Virus record (IMG/VR): IMGVR_UViG_3300046777_001793
Location: 56,529-120,528 of that record
From: a virus
DNA: 64,000 nt
Strand: one strand, 5' to 3'
Shown here: positions 1 through 7,559 of the stretch, one piece after another
Layout of the letters: every line of letters starts with the position of its first letter
How positions within the stretch are numbered: position 1 is the first letter of the stretch
Notes under the pieces: generated by a model
What the model saw: only the letters and a program-made list of their open reading frames with translations
Databases searched by the model: none
Told to the model about the DNA's origin: nothing
Position numbers and translations under genes: made by a program

Positions 1-263
1 TATTTAAGAGTTAATACTTTAACTACACTCATTTGTGCATTTAACACTTCACCGATCGCATGATTATAAAGTGTATCTGCTAATGGAGAAGCACCCAGAT
101 TTTTTGCTCTGTACTCTTGTTCCAAAAGATCTGCTGCTTTAGCAAATAATATTTTTGCTTGTGCTACTTTATCATCTGCTGAAGGATTAAAATTTAATCC
201 TACCAATTGCTCTCCAAACGTTAGAGATCTTACTTCTACTTCCATTTTACCTTCTACTACCAT
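1..263 (-). CDS. Acb2/Tad1-hairpin-like small helical protein (candidate nucleotide-signal sponge); 3' end at window edge
   Basis: Not in ORF track. Manual translation from ATG 263: MVVEGKMEVEVRSLTFGEQLVGLNFNPSADDKVAQAKILFAKAADLLE...NHAIGEVLNAQMSVVKVLTLK. The GxxxVGLxFNPS and AxxExxxAQMxxVK pattern recalls Acb2-like helical hairpins. Confidence 0.6.
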   Translation of the reverse strand, partial: MVVEGKMEVEVRSLTFGEQLVGLNFNPSADDKVAQAKILFAKAADLLEQEYRAKNLGASPLADTLYNHAIGEVLNAQMSVVKVLTLK

Positions 264-264
264 C

Positions 265-360
265 TTACTTAGATTTTGTGATTTTTGTTTTTACTATTAC
301 TAAATGCTGAAGCCATCCTTTTAAAGCTTCAATCTTTGCTTTGTTTCCTGTTTTACTCAT
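265..360 (-). CDS. 31-aa peptide
   Basis: MSKTGNKAKIEALKGWLQHLVIVKTKITKSK; exactly fills the gap between co-oriented genes. Confidence 0.45.
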   Translation of the reverse strand: MSKTGNKAKIEALKGWLQHLVIVKTKITKSK

Positions 361-361
361 G

Positions 362-979
362 TTATTTGATTTTTGATAAGTTACGTAATCTTTCCAAAAC
401 ATCTTGGCCATTGTGGCCATCAAAAGGATATTTTGCTTTTTCTTCTACAGGTATTTGGAATAAATCCCAATCTTCTTCTTTGTAGTGATTGGTTATCATT
501 CCATCTGGTAACATTGCTACTACAATAAACCATCCGCCACCAAAACATTCTTTTCCATCATGATGTTTCCATGACTTATGAACATCATATTTGCAATGAT
601 TATATGGTTGCCCTGTGTTTTTCCATTTTGGATTCCACAATTTATTTGCAGCCCACTCATTGAACAATGCAGCATTGTACATTTTTCTGAAATCATACAA
701 CTCATTGTATGTATGGTATCCATCAGAAAATTCTCCAATCTCTGCTTCAGTTGCATAAGTCATTTCAAAGATGTCTGGTTTGCATGCGTAAAACTCACCC
801 TTTACCCCTTTTATAACATAATCTTCAAGACTTGCTCTCATGCTACCTTCCAATGTATGAATAAACAATGCATCACCTTGGAACTCAATATCATTTCCTG
901 CAAATGCTCTAATTTCATTTGCATTTAATCCTGTCCATTGAACAGCTTCTATTACTACTGGTTTCTTTGCGTATTTCAT
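362..979 (-). CDS. Two-domain protein: N-terminal [17 protein letters not shown] domain (PGDYG/Acb4-like) fused to a WDGH-type domain
   Basis: Start moved to ATG 979, next to the upstream stop. Domain 1: [43 protein letters not shown]. Domain 2: [35 protein letters not shown]. Confidence 0.7.
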   Translation of the reverse strand: MKYAKKPVVIEAVQWTGLNANEIRAFAGNDIEFQGDALFIHTLEGSMRASLEDYVIKGVKGEFYACKPDIFEMTYATEAEIGEFSDGYHTYNELYDFRKMYNAALFNEWAANKLWNPKWKNTGQPYNHCKYDVHKSWKHHDGKECFGGGWFIVVAMLPDGMITNHYKEEDWDLFQIPVEEKAKYPFDGHNGQDVLERLRNLSKIK

Positions 980-980
980 A

Positions 981-1334
981 CTACTTTTCATTTTTACCTT
1001 CAACTTGTCTTCTCTGTCTATCCTTAGTTCTTGCATCTTGCCAATGAATTGCTTCTTCAATCTTTGTGATTGATAAAGCATTTTCTCTACAAGGAAAAGC
1101 TTCATTTAGACTTTGAAATAAACATTTAACATATTTCAACATGTCTAATGCTTGACAACCATTTACACCCACTTCAGAAATAGGATCTGATTGAATTGTA
1201 AATTTCACTACTGGTGCAACACCTTTTACATCTTCTGCATTTTCAATTTGAATAAAATTTATTAAATGCATCTCTTGTGATGTGCTATCCATTTCTCTTT
1301 CAAGAAGATTTCTTGCTTTTTCTACGTGCCTCAT
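981..1334 (-). CDS. tad1: Thoeris anti-defence 1 (Tad1)-family sponge protein
   Basis: C-terminal [34 protein letters not shown] matches the Tad1 signature F.xRENAxAxTxxEEAxxWxxxRxxxRxxRxVxG; preceded by Q..P..EVGVNG. Confidence 0.85.
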   Translation of the reverse strand: MRHVEKARNLLEREMDSTSQEMHLINFIQIENAEDVKGVAPVVKFTIQSDPISEVGVNGCQALDMLKYVKCLFQSLNEAFPCRENALSITKIEEAIHWQDARTKDRQRRQVEGKNEK

Positions 1335-1723
1335 TATTTATTTCTTTTTCTGTAAGACTTCAAGATTGCTAAGTAGTTGATTGCATCATCAATAGTATCA
1401 TCTACCGCTTCATCTTTTACCATTCCCTCTTTATCTAACAATGTAGATATGCGTGACATTTTATCCATTAATCTCACCAAAATTCCACGTTCAACCGGAA
1501 CACCAGCAATTGTAGAATTTCTAAAGTTTGCATAAGGATCTTTGTTACTACCCCCATAGTCATGATTTTTTCTTACTGCTGTAGCAAGACAATCAGAAAA
1601 GGTTTTTTCCATGTCATGAAGTAATGGGTTTACTTCTAACTTCTTAAGAGTTACAGGTCCGCAAACAGCTCCAACCTTTGCTTCAATTTCTGCAAGTTCT
1701 TTTAACACTTTTTCTTCAGCCAT
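1334..1723 (-). CDS. DUF1599 / nucleotide-modification-associated domain 1 (all-alpha NTP-pyrophosphatase-like)
   Basis: RKNHDYG..DPYANF..GILVRLMDKMSRI..DEAVDDTIDDAINY pattern. Confidence 0.75.
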   Translation of the reverse strand: MAEEKVLKELAEIEAKVGAVCGPVTLKKLEVNPLLHDMEKTFSDCLATAVRKNHDYGGSNKDPYANFRNSTIAGVPVERGILVRLMDKMSRISTLLDKEGMVKDEAVDDTIDDAINYLAILKSYRKRNK

Positions 1724-1725
1724 AT

Positions 1726-2157
1726 TTATTTTATTAATTGGTTACTTTTTAATATTTCACATACTTGCTCAAAAATCCATTCAGTCAAGTATGCTTCAAA
1801 CTCTACTTCTACCTTATTCAGAAAGAAGATTCTTCTTATGTGTTGCATTATGTGTACAATCTCATGAACCAATGTTTTTAAAATATTATCATCAATCTTT
1901 CTAATCACCAATGACAAATAATAATTACCTTCTTCAGTCTGATAATATTCTACATAAGCATCTGTGTAAATCTTTACATCATCATATCCATCAAATACCT
2001 CATTGACTAATTTATGCATATCCTTATCAAAATGTTTGCGTAAACTTTTCATATTTTTTACGCCACATATAAACAAGAACTCTTGATTAATCAAAGGTAT
2101 CTTGATAGACTCAACTATCTCATTTGATTTTGTAGAATTTCCCAAGGATGTTTGCAT
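1726..2157 (-). CDS. small HExxH metallopeptidase-like protein
   Basis: TLVHEIVH followed by EFEAY. Confidence 0.6.
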   Translation of the reverse strand: MQTSLGNSTKSNEIVESIKIPLINQEFLFICGVKNMKSLRKHFDKDMHKLVNEVFDGYDDVKIYTDAYVEYYQTEEGNYYLSLVIRKIDDNILKTLVHEIVHIMQHIRRIFFLNKVEVEFEAYLTEWIFEQVCEILKSNQLIK

Positions 2158-2542
2158 TTAAAAATTCATCACTCTCCAATACACCATAAGCAAATTGATA
2201 TTTACACTCCATGTAAGTCAACTCTGTTGCAGAGAAACAGATATGTAACATATCACGCTTTAGCACAATACCATCTTTATGGGCTTGTTTCAATATCTCA
2301 TTACTACTGAAATAATTTTGATAAGCAGCTTTTTTCTGAATAGTGTATTTTTTCAAACGCTTGTCTGTTACAGCAGCCAATTCCCTTTTACCCATCTTCT
2401 TTTTTGTCTGTGAATAAAAGTTCTTCTTACCAATATATCTCACAGACTTTCCATCAACAATACCACTTATCTCATAGATAAATCCTACTGCATTATCTGG
2501 AATGTCACTATCCTTAAACTCTTTACCTTGATACAACCACAT
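2120..2542 (-). CDS. GIY-YIG family nuclease
   Basis: GFIYEI...YIGKK motif, later ELTYME and FLNANI. Confidence 0.7.
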   Translation of the reverse strand: MWLYQGKEFKDSDIPDNAVGFIYEISGIVDGKSVRYIGKKNFYSQTKKKMGKRELAAVTDKRLKKYTIQKKAAYQNYFSSNEILKQAHKDGIVLKRDMLHICFSATELTYMECKYQFAYGVLESDEFLNANILGKFYKIK

Positions 2543-2690
2543 AAATAAGAATTATTATAATTAATACTACTATGAACAAAAAAGGAACAAGACATCCACC
2601 ATGAACTCTACCCTCATAATCATCCCAATCATCCAATCCCTGTATATAAACCTCATTGTATTTAAAATCTGTGTTTTGCTCTTCTGCCAT
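2523..2690 (-). CDS. 55-aa membrane protein
   Basis: Manual translation MAEEQNTDFKYNEVYIQGLDDWDDYEGRVHGGCLVPFLFIVVLIIIILIYVVVSR; C-terminal TM helix. Confidence 0.5.
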   Translation of the reverse strand: MAEEQNTDFKYNEVYIQGLDDWDDYEGRVHGGCLVPFLFIVVLIIIILIYVVVSR

Positions 2691-2928
2691 AATTTAATGT
2701 TTGTTTACTAAATGCGTGTGTTGTACTAAAGTGATGTGCTGAAACAACAAAGTCATGTGGATTTTTGTATCTCTTTTCCACTCTTTGTCCAACTGCAACC
2801 TCTACAAACTTTGGAAAAAACTGATTAAGTTCTACTCCTATGCAATACGTTCCTATAAAAAGTTTCTTCTTGCACATATCACTAAATACAGTAATTGCTC
2901 TAATCATCAGCTCCCACAATTTAAACAA
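2662..2928 (-). CDS. hypothetical protein
   Basis: ORF in operon order; start uncertain. Confidence 0.45.
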   Translation of the reverse strand: MFKLWELMIRAITVFSDMCKKKLFIGTYCIGVELNQFFPKFVEVAVGQRVEKRYKNPHDFVVSAHHFSTTHAFSKQTLNYGRRAKHRF

Positions 2929-3086
2929 CCCTCATCATCATCTTCTTCCGGATGAGTTTCAATTCTAGGATTTAGAATTTTTTTCAACTCATAAATCTCC
3001 TGTTGTATATCTCCATCCTGGAAAATATCACCAGTCAATTGCGTTCTCAATTCCGCAATCTTTGCTTTGATTTCATTTTCTTCCAT
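2907..3086 (-). CDS. small protein with acidic C-terminal CxxCGS tail
   Basis: MEENEIK...EEDDDEGCLNCGS; ATG 3086 preferred. Confidence 0.6.
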   Translation of the reverse strand: MEENEIKAKIAELRTQLTGDIFQDGDIQQEIYELKKILNPRIETHPEEDDDEGCLNCGS

Positions 3087-3203
3087 ACTTTCTAGCTCTT
3101 TGTACTTTTTTAAACATTCTCTTACCTTCCTTTTCCATCTTGTGTTTCTTATACTCAAACTCATTCATTGGAGCACATGCTGAAATAAAAAGAAACAATA
3201 TCA

Positions 3204-3725
3204 TTACTCTATACATTCCTTCTTTTTAAATTTTTCAAACACATCAAACACCTTATTCTCAAAAACCTTTCTCTTTCTTGACAAAAATGGATTCAGCATA
3301 TAACACACACGCACCTCACCATAAATCCTACCCTTAATCTGATATAACACCCCAGCAGAAACCAAACGTGTAATCAACTTCATAAACATGCTCTTTGATG
3401 AAATCTCTAAATACTTTTGTAGAGATTCATTTGTATGAGGTATAGTATTATTAAATACAATGTTCAAAGGAGTCTTTGTAACAACACTCATCTTAATCAC
3501 ATTTGCAAGATCACTATTGTTCAACAACTTTGTTAATTCCAATAAAGCTTCAGTTTCTAATACAGCATAATCATTAGAAGTAATCATACTCATACCAGTT
3601 TCCTTACTCACATTAACTCCTTCAGGAACTTCAGCCAATACCTTAACCTCACCTGTAACCTCATCTACATAAGATTCCAAATCTAACTCCACGTTACTCT
3701 TTAAGGACTTTACTTTAGCACTCAT
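3204..3725 (-). CDS. RepL-like winged-helix replication/regulatory protein
   Basis: HTH-like region followed by YMLNPFL, typical of the RepL family; adjacent iteron-like repeats. Confidence 0.65.
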   Translation of the reverse strand: MSAKVKSLKSNVELDLESYVDEVTGEVKVLAEVPEGVNVSKETGMSMITSNDYAVLETEALLELTKLLNNSDLANVIKMSVVTKTPLNIVFNNTIPHTNESLQKYLEISSKSMFMKLITRLVSAGVLYQIKGRIYGEVRVCYMLNPFLSRKRKVFENKVFDVFEKFKKKECIE

Positions 3726-3745
3726 CTGTCATTTCATTTACAGGA

Positions 3746-3753
3746 CAAATATA
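3746..3753 (-). promoter_or_regulatory. Bacteroidetes -7 element (TATATTTG) for the repL operon
   Basis: Matches TAnnTTTG, 20 nt upstream of the repL ATG; no clear -33 element. Confidence 0.55.
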
Positions 3754-3754
3754 A

Positions 3755-3851
3755 CTAAAAATAACACTTTTGTGCTAAAAATAACACTTTATTTTTTACC
3801 CAGGTGCTAAAAATAACACCTGTGAGCCTTGTGAGGTGCTAAAAATAACAC
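3755..3851. repeat. four iteron-like direct repeats CTAAAAATAACAC
   Basis: Exact 13-mers at 3755, 3775, 3807 and 3839 (spacing 20, 32, 32); last two extend to the pseudo-palindrome AGGTGCTAAAAATAACACCT. Confidence 0.9.
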
Positions 3852-4236
3852 CTGATAAAAACCCCCACAACCCTTGAAAACATTGGGCTATCCCCCCATC
3901 CTAAGCAAAAACGTACTTATTCTTATTTAGGAGCACATGATGCTAACGCTATAAAGAGAAATTCATGTGTGTGGCGGAGAATGGGTATATTGAAAATTAT
4001 GGATATAATGGTGTGTATGGGTCCTTCCATTATTTGCCCCCCGGGCAAACACAATGTCAGGTGTACCCCCTAGGCAAGCAGCAGGCACAGAGGTTATTGT
4101 TATAGCATAATGACATTAATTTTCTCCAGGGAAGAAGTTTGTGTGCCAGAGGAGAAGGGTGCTTGTCAAGAGAGTGCTTGGGAAGCAGAGCAAGAGAAGA
4201 GAGTGACACAGGAAGGAAGATGCAGGGCAAGGTCTT

Positions 4237-4264
4237 ATTCTATATTAATGACCTCTCGGTCATT
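4237..4264 (+). promoter_or_regulatory. hairpin repeat 1 (candidate virion-RNAP promoter)
   Basis: ATTCTATATT + AATGACC-TCTC-GGTCATT, 15 nt before ATG 4280. Confidence 0.55.
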
Positions 4265-4279
4265 TTAAATTTTATAATT

Positions 4280-4462
4280 ATGAAAAATTTTTCAGTAAGA
4301 GAAATGATTATCATACTAAATGTTGTGGTAATCATTGCATTAGCAGGTTCATTGACTGCTTTATGCATTACAACTAATGTTGTGTTTGTGTACACCTTTG
4401 TGTGCACAGCACCAGTTGCTATGCTTTGTGTTTTAATACTTGATAAGTATGAGAAACAATAA
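4280..4462 (+). CDS. small two-TM membrane protein
   Basis: ATG 4280 (MKNFSVREMIII...), two hydrophobic segments. Confidence 0.65.
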   Translation: MKNFSVREMIIILNVVVIIALAGSLTALCITTNVVFVYTFVCTAPVAMLCVLILDKYEKQ

Positions 4463-4754
4463 TTTGAAAAGGGGAGCTTCCGTAGGGAAGTTCTACCTTT
4501 ACACTATGGTTATTATAACCATAGTATTAATATTTATAATGAGTTCTTGTTCTAAAGGAACATACTATAAGTATGCCTACATAGATTGTAGGAAACAAGA
4601 TGTGGTTACAACTCATTTGATTCCAGTTAACCACACCTTATCTGATGCAGAGATTAACCAAAGACTCTCTGTATATAGAGCTGAAAGAAACAGTTATGTC
4701 CTTATGGATACAATTGTATTGGAAACAGCTTCTACATTATTTATGTTAAAATAA
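4449..4754 (+). CDS. putative lipoprotein
   Basis: Hydrophobic signal ending FIMSS-C. Confidence 0.6.
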   Translation: MRNNNLKRGASVGKFYLYTMVIITIVLIFIMSSCSKGTYYKYAYIDCRKQDVVTTHLIPVNHTLSDAEINQRLSVYRAERNSYVLMDTIVLETASTLFMLK

Positions 4755-4759
4755 TTATT

Positions 4760-4927
4760 ATGAAAAAGAAAATAGAAAAGGCACTATTATATATAGTGTC
4801 AATCATACTAGTGCTTGTTGGATTAACAGGCACTATGTTACACAACCAACTAATTGGTTGTGTTAGTTTATTAATGTTCATTGCAGGAATAATTGCCTTT
4901 ATAGGCACAATGAACAAGTATGAGTAA
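4760..4927 (+). CDS. 55-aa two-TM membrane protein
   Basis: Manual translation MKKKIEKALLYIVSIILVLVGLTG...IIAFIGTMNKYE. Confidence 0.6.
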   Translation: MKKKIEKALLYIVSIILVLVGLTGTMLHNQLIGCVSLLMFIAGIIAFIGTMNKYE

Positions 4928-4999
4928 GACATTCTTGACCACGCATTCTACTACGGTAGGTGTGTGGTCTTACGCTTTAGGACAAACGTGTAACCTTTA

Positions 5000-5026
5000 A
5001 TTCTATATCAATTACCTTTGGTAATT
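5000..5026 (+). promoter_or_regulatory. hairpin repeat 2
   Basis: ATTCTATATC + AATTACC-TTT-GGTAATT. Confidence 0.55.
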
Positions 5027-5196
5027 TTCCCAGTGCGTTACATTCACACCCATTGATAGGCTACGCCTATCATCACCCACATCAAAGACAAGGCACACCA
5101 ACAAAGAGATTACTATCATCAGCACCCAATGTAACACAGCAATGCACCGGCCTTCGGCCTATGCCTATCGGCATCAACAATGTAATGTAATCTTAC

Positions 5197-5223
5197 ATTC
5201 TATACCAATTACCTTCGGTAATT
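5197..5223 (+). promoter_or_regulatory. hairpin repeat 3
   Basis: ATTCTATACC + AATTACC-TTC-GGTAATT. Confidence 0.55.
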
Positions 5224-5229
5224 ACTTAT

Positions 5230-5650
5230 TACAAAAAGTCCTGTTGCTGATTAACTGAACAAATGATGTTTCAGCAACAGGCATTATGTCGTTGTAGGTG
5301 TATTATTATAACCTTCTGTTTGCAGTTTTAGAATAAAACTGTTGTTTGTATGTTAGGCCTAAACATTCACCACCAATACCATTAAGCGTATTGGGTATTC
5401 TCATTCAAGCAGATTGTATAAAGCAATGTTAAAAGGGTTGCAACCTTATGAGAATACAACAACTATGGGGGAAAGTCCTTTAAGGATACCAATTATTACC
5501 GTCTAACATTTGGTAATAACGGTGCGTAAAGCCATAGCGTGAATTAGAGATAGCCCTGATTATAGGGTGTTTGAGAATGAGTGACCAAGGTTAGTGGTTA
5601 GAGCATTTGGCTAATTAAGTGTCAACGAGATAGACACTATTTTTTCCTCA
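5230..5650 (+). ncRNA. candidate ~420-nt structured non-coding RNA
   Basis: No ORF of 60 aa or more. Helices 5240-5250/5271-5281, 5395-5404/5448-5457, 5463-5468/5532-5537 and 5618-5623/5633-5638, the last followed by a T-run. Confidence 0.4.
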
Positions 5651-5659
5651 CAACCTTTC

Positions 5660-5686
5660 ATTCTAAACCAACTACCTTCGGTAGTT
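5660..5686 (+). promoter_or_regulatory. hairpin repeat 4
   Basis: ATTCTAAACC + AACTACC-TTC-GGTAGTT. Confidence 0.55.
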
Positions 5687-5811
5687 CTTACGCTACGCGT
5701 CTTATGCTTTTGCATATATTCCTAAAATTTGGTTAGGGAATTAAAATAATTAACCAGCATTTATTAATTTTTAGAAACCTTGTGGTGTATAGGTCAACCC
5801 AATCTACGGTA

Positions 5812-6486
5812 ATGGAAACTTTAAACACATTAACCGCAAAAAAAGAGTTCATTAAAAACAATTTGGACAAATTGTCTGATGAAACTCGCCCATCTGCATC
5901 TCAAATTAATGCTTTCAAGGCTGGTGACACAAACCACGTTGATGCTTTAGTAGAAGAGATTAACTCATTTGTTGCACCTGCAAATGATGTTATAGCAGAT
6001 GAAACTGTTGAAAAAGTTGATACACTTGTGTATGAAACATTAACAACAGAATCAGGTGCAAGTGTTGAAGTTGTTTGGTTGCCATTCCTTAAATATGGAA
6101 TGCGACAAGACAAACAAACACGCAAGGTTAGAACTAATTACCAATTTGGTTTTGGCTCTAACATAGTAACCATTCAAAACTCTTTACTTGACCCAATCAA
6201 GAAGAGCATTGAAGTAGGTGCAATGTTCCCTATCAAGGTTGAAACTATTCAGCCTATTGTAGCAGAACGCACTTATGGTTACGGTAAACAAGTATTCTCC
6301 GCAGGTATTGCTGAATTTGCTTGTGAGTTGTTGCTTGATGCACGTGCAGAGAAAATGGAAGAGTTGGAAGAACTTTCTCAATTATCTGCGGAAGCACAAG
6401 AGATGGTTATTAAAGCAACCGCTTTAAGCCAAGCAGAGCAATACTTATTGAAGAAAGGTATTAAGTTACCTTCATCAATGAAATAG
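5812..6486 (+). CDS. hypothetical early protein
   Basis: 224-aa ORF from ATG 5812, followed by a terminator. Confidence 0.8.
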   Translation: METLNTLTAKKEFIKNNLDKLSDETRPSASQINAFKAGDTNHVDALVEEINSFVAPANDVIADETVEKVDTLVYETLTTESGASVEVVWLPFLKYGMRQDKQTRKVRTNYQFGFGSNIVTIQNSLLDPIKKSIEVGAMFPIKVETIQPIVAERTYGYGKQVFSAGIAEFACELLLDARAEKMEELEELSQLSAEAQEMVIKATALSQAEQYLLKKGIKLPSSMK

Positions 6487-6493
6487 AGATAAT

Positions 6494-6526
6494 GGAGTGG
6501 TGTAACAACCACTCCTAATCTTTTTT
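6494..6526 (+). terminator. intrinsic terminator
   Basis: GGAGTGGT-GTAACA-ACCACTCC then TAATCTTTTTT. Confidence 0.6.
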
Positions 6527-6710
6527 GTGGGAGCTCTTTGAAACCTCCGGTTTCAGCCGCAAGGCAACCTTCCCTGAAATTACAGGCTGATTGCGTGTGT
6601 AGCGTAACGTATGGATGTTTAAATTACCGTTCCCATAATATGCAGGGTGTGACAATAACACCCAGAAATTACCGTTCCCATGCGTGTGTAGCAACGCTTT
6701 AAAGGATAAA

Positions 6711-6722
6711 TTACTATCATCA
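6711..6722 (+). promoter_or_regulatory. recurrent intergenic motif TTACTATCATCA (also at 5110, 10670, 15447, 42717)
   Basis: Exact 12-mer seen five times, always intergenic. Confidence 0.55.
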
Positions 6723-6757
6723 TAACACAGTATCACATTTAAAAAACCCTAGAAAAA

Positions 6758-6940
6758 ATGAACAATAACTTAATGTTAACTGAAATAACACTCAACCCAA
6801 AAGAGTATTACCAGTTCAGATTACTAGCATTACAGCACAGAGTAATGTTCACAGTAGAGTGGACCAAACAAGGTGCATTAGTTTCTTGTGAAACTCCATT
6901 CCTAATTGCATTTGGTTACATCAATCAAGTAGAATTTTAA
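6758..6940 (+). CDS. hypothetical protein
   Basis: ORF with A-rich leader. Confidence 0.6.
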   Translation: MNNNLMLTEITLNPKEYYQFRLLALQHRVMFTVEWTKQGALVSCETPFLIAFGYINQVEF

Positions 6941-7223
6941 TTAAATGACTATCAGCATTTTACATTTTGCCTTTTTACCTGTTTTCGCTTTTATATAGGC
7001 ATTTTGTAATTTGCTGATTAATAACCGGTTAGTCTACTTGTTACACCGGTAAAACACAACAAAAATTACCACTTTCAACTAAGAATTTAATTGATAACAC
7101 ACAAATTGTAGCAGATTGTGGTAAATTTTTTTGTGTAACGTGTTGATTTGTAAGTGTTTGGCGACCAGTCACCCAAATCATCATATTTCATAAAACCCCT
7201 AAACCCTAAAAAATTTTAATAAT

Positions 7224-7559
7224 ATGGCAATAAGACAGTTTATTACAGGCTTCAAGACCTTTGTAGTATTGACTACTTGTATGTTAGCAATGCAGAACTT
7301 ATACACAACAATACAGTATGGTAGGCTTAATGCTTACTATGACTTTGATGTTATAGATTGGTCTTTAATGACTATATGTGTTCTCTTTAACTTATCTATT
7401 AGTGTTATTGATGCTATAACAACCACAGAAACGTGTATAATACAAACAGATACAGACACTTTATCATATCTGGAGAAAACATTACCATTCATACCAGATG
7501 GAGATTTTAAACAAGAGATTACAGAGCATATAGAAAACATATATGTAGAGAAGTATTAA
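7224..7559 (+). CDS. membrane protein
   Basis: Two hydrophobic segments. Confidence 0.65.
   Translation: MAIRQFITGFKTFVVLTTCMLAMQNLYTTIQYGRLNAYYDFDVIDWSLMTICVLFNLSISVIDAITTTETCIIQTDTDTLSYLEKTLPFIPDGDFKQEITEHIENIYVEKY

Noticed and set aside
980-1105. N-terminal extension of the 362..1105 ORF
   Set aside because: It overlaps the conserved 3' end of tad1; the domain starts at ATG 979, right after the tad1 stop.
3755-3851. CRISPR array
   Set aside because: Repeats are 13-20 nt with spacers under 20 nt of unequal length, and there are no cas genes; an iteron reading fits better.
4139-4279. TTG-started extension of the first rightward ORF
   Set aside because: It translates the purine-rich tract and the hairpin repeat; ATG 4280 has a typical A/T-rich leader.
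4237-5686. Hairpin repeats as a mini-CRISPR array
   Set aside because: Spacing is irregular (763, 197 and 463 nt) and one interval contains genes.
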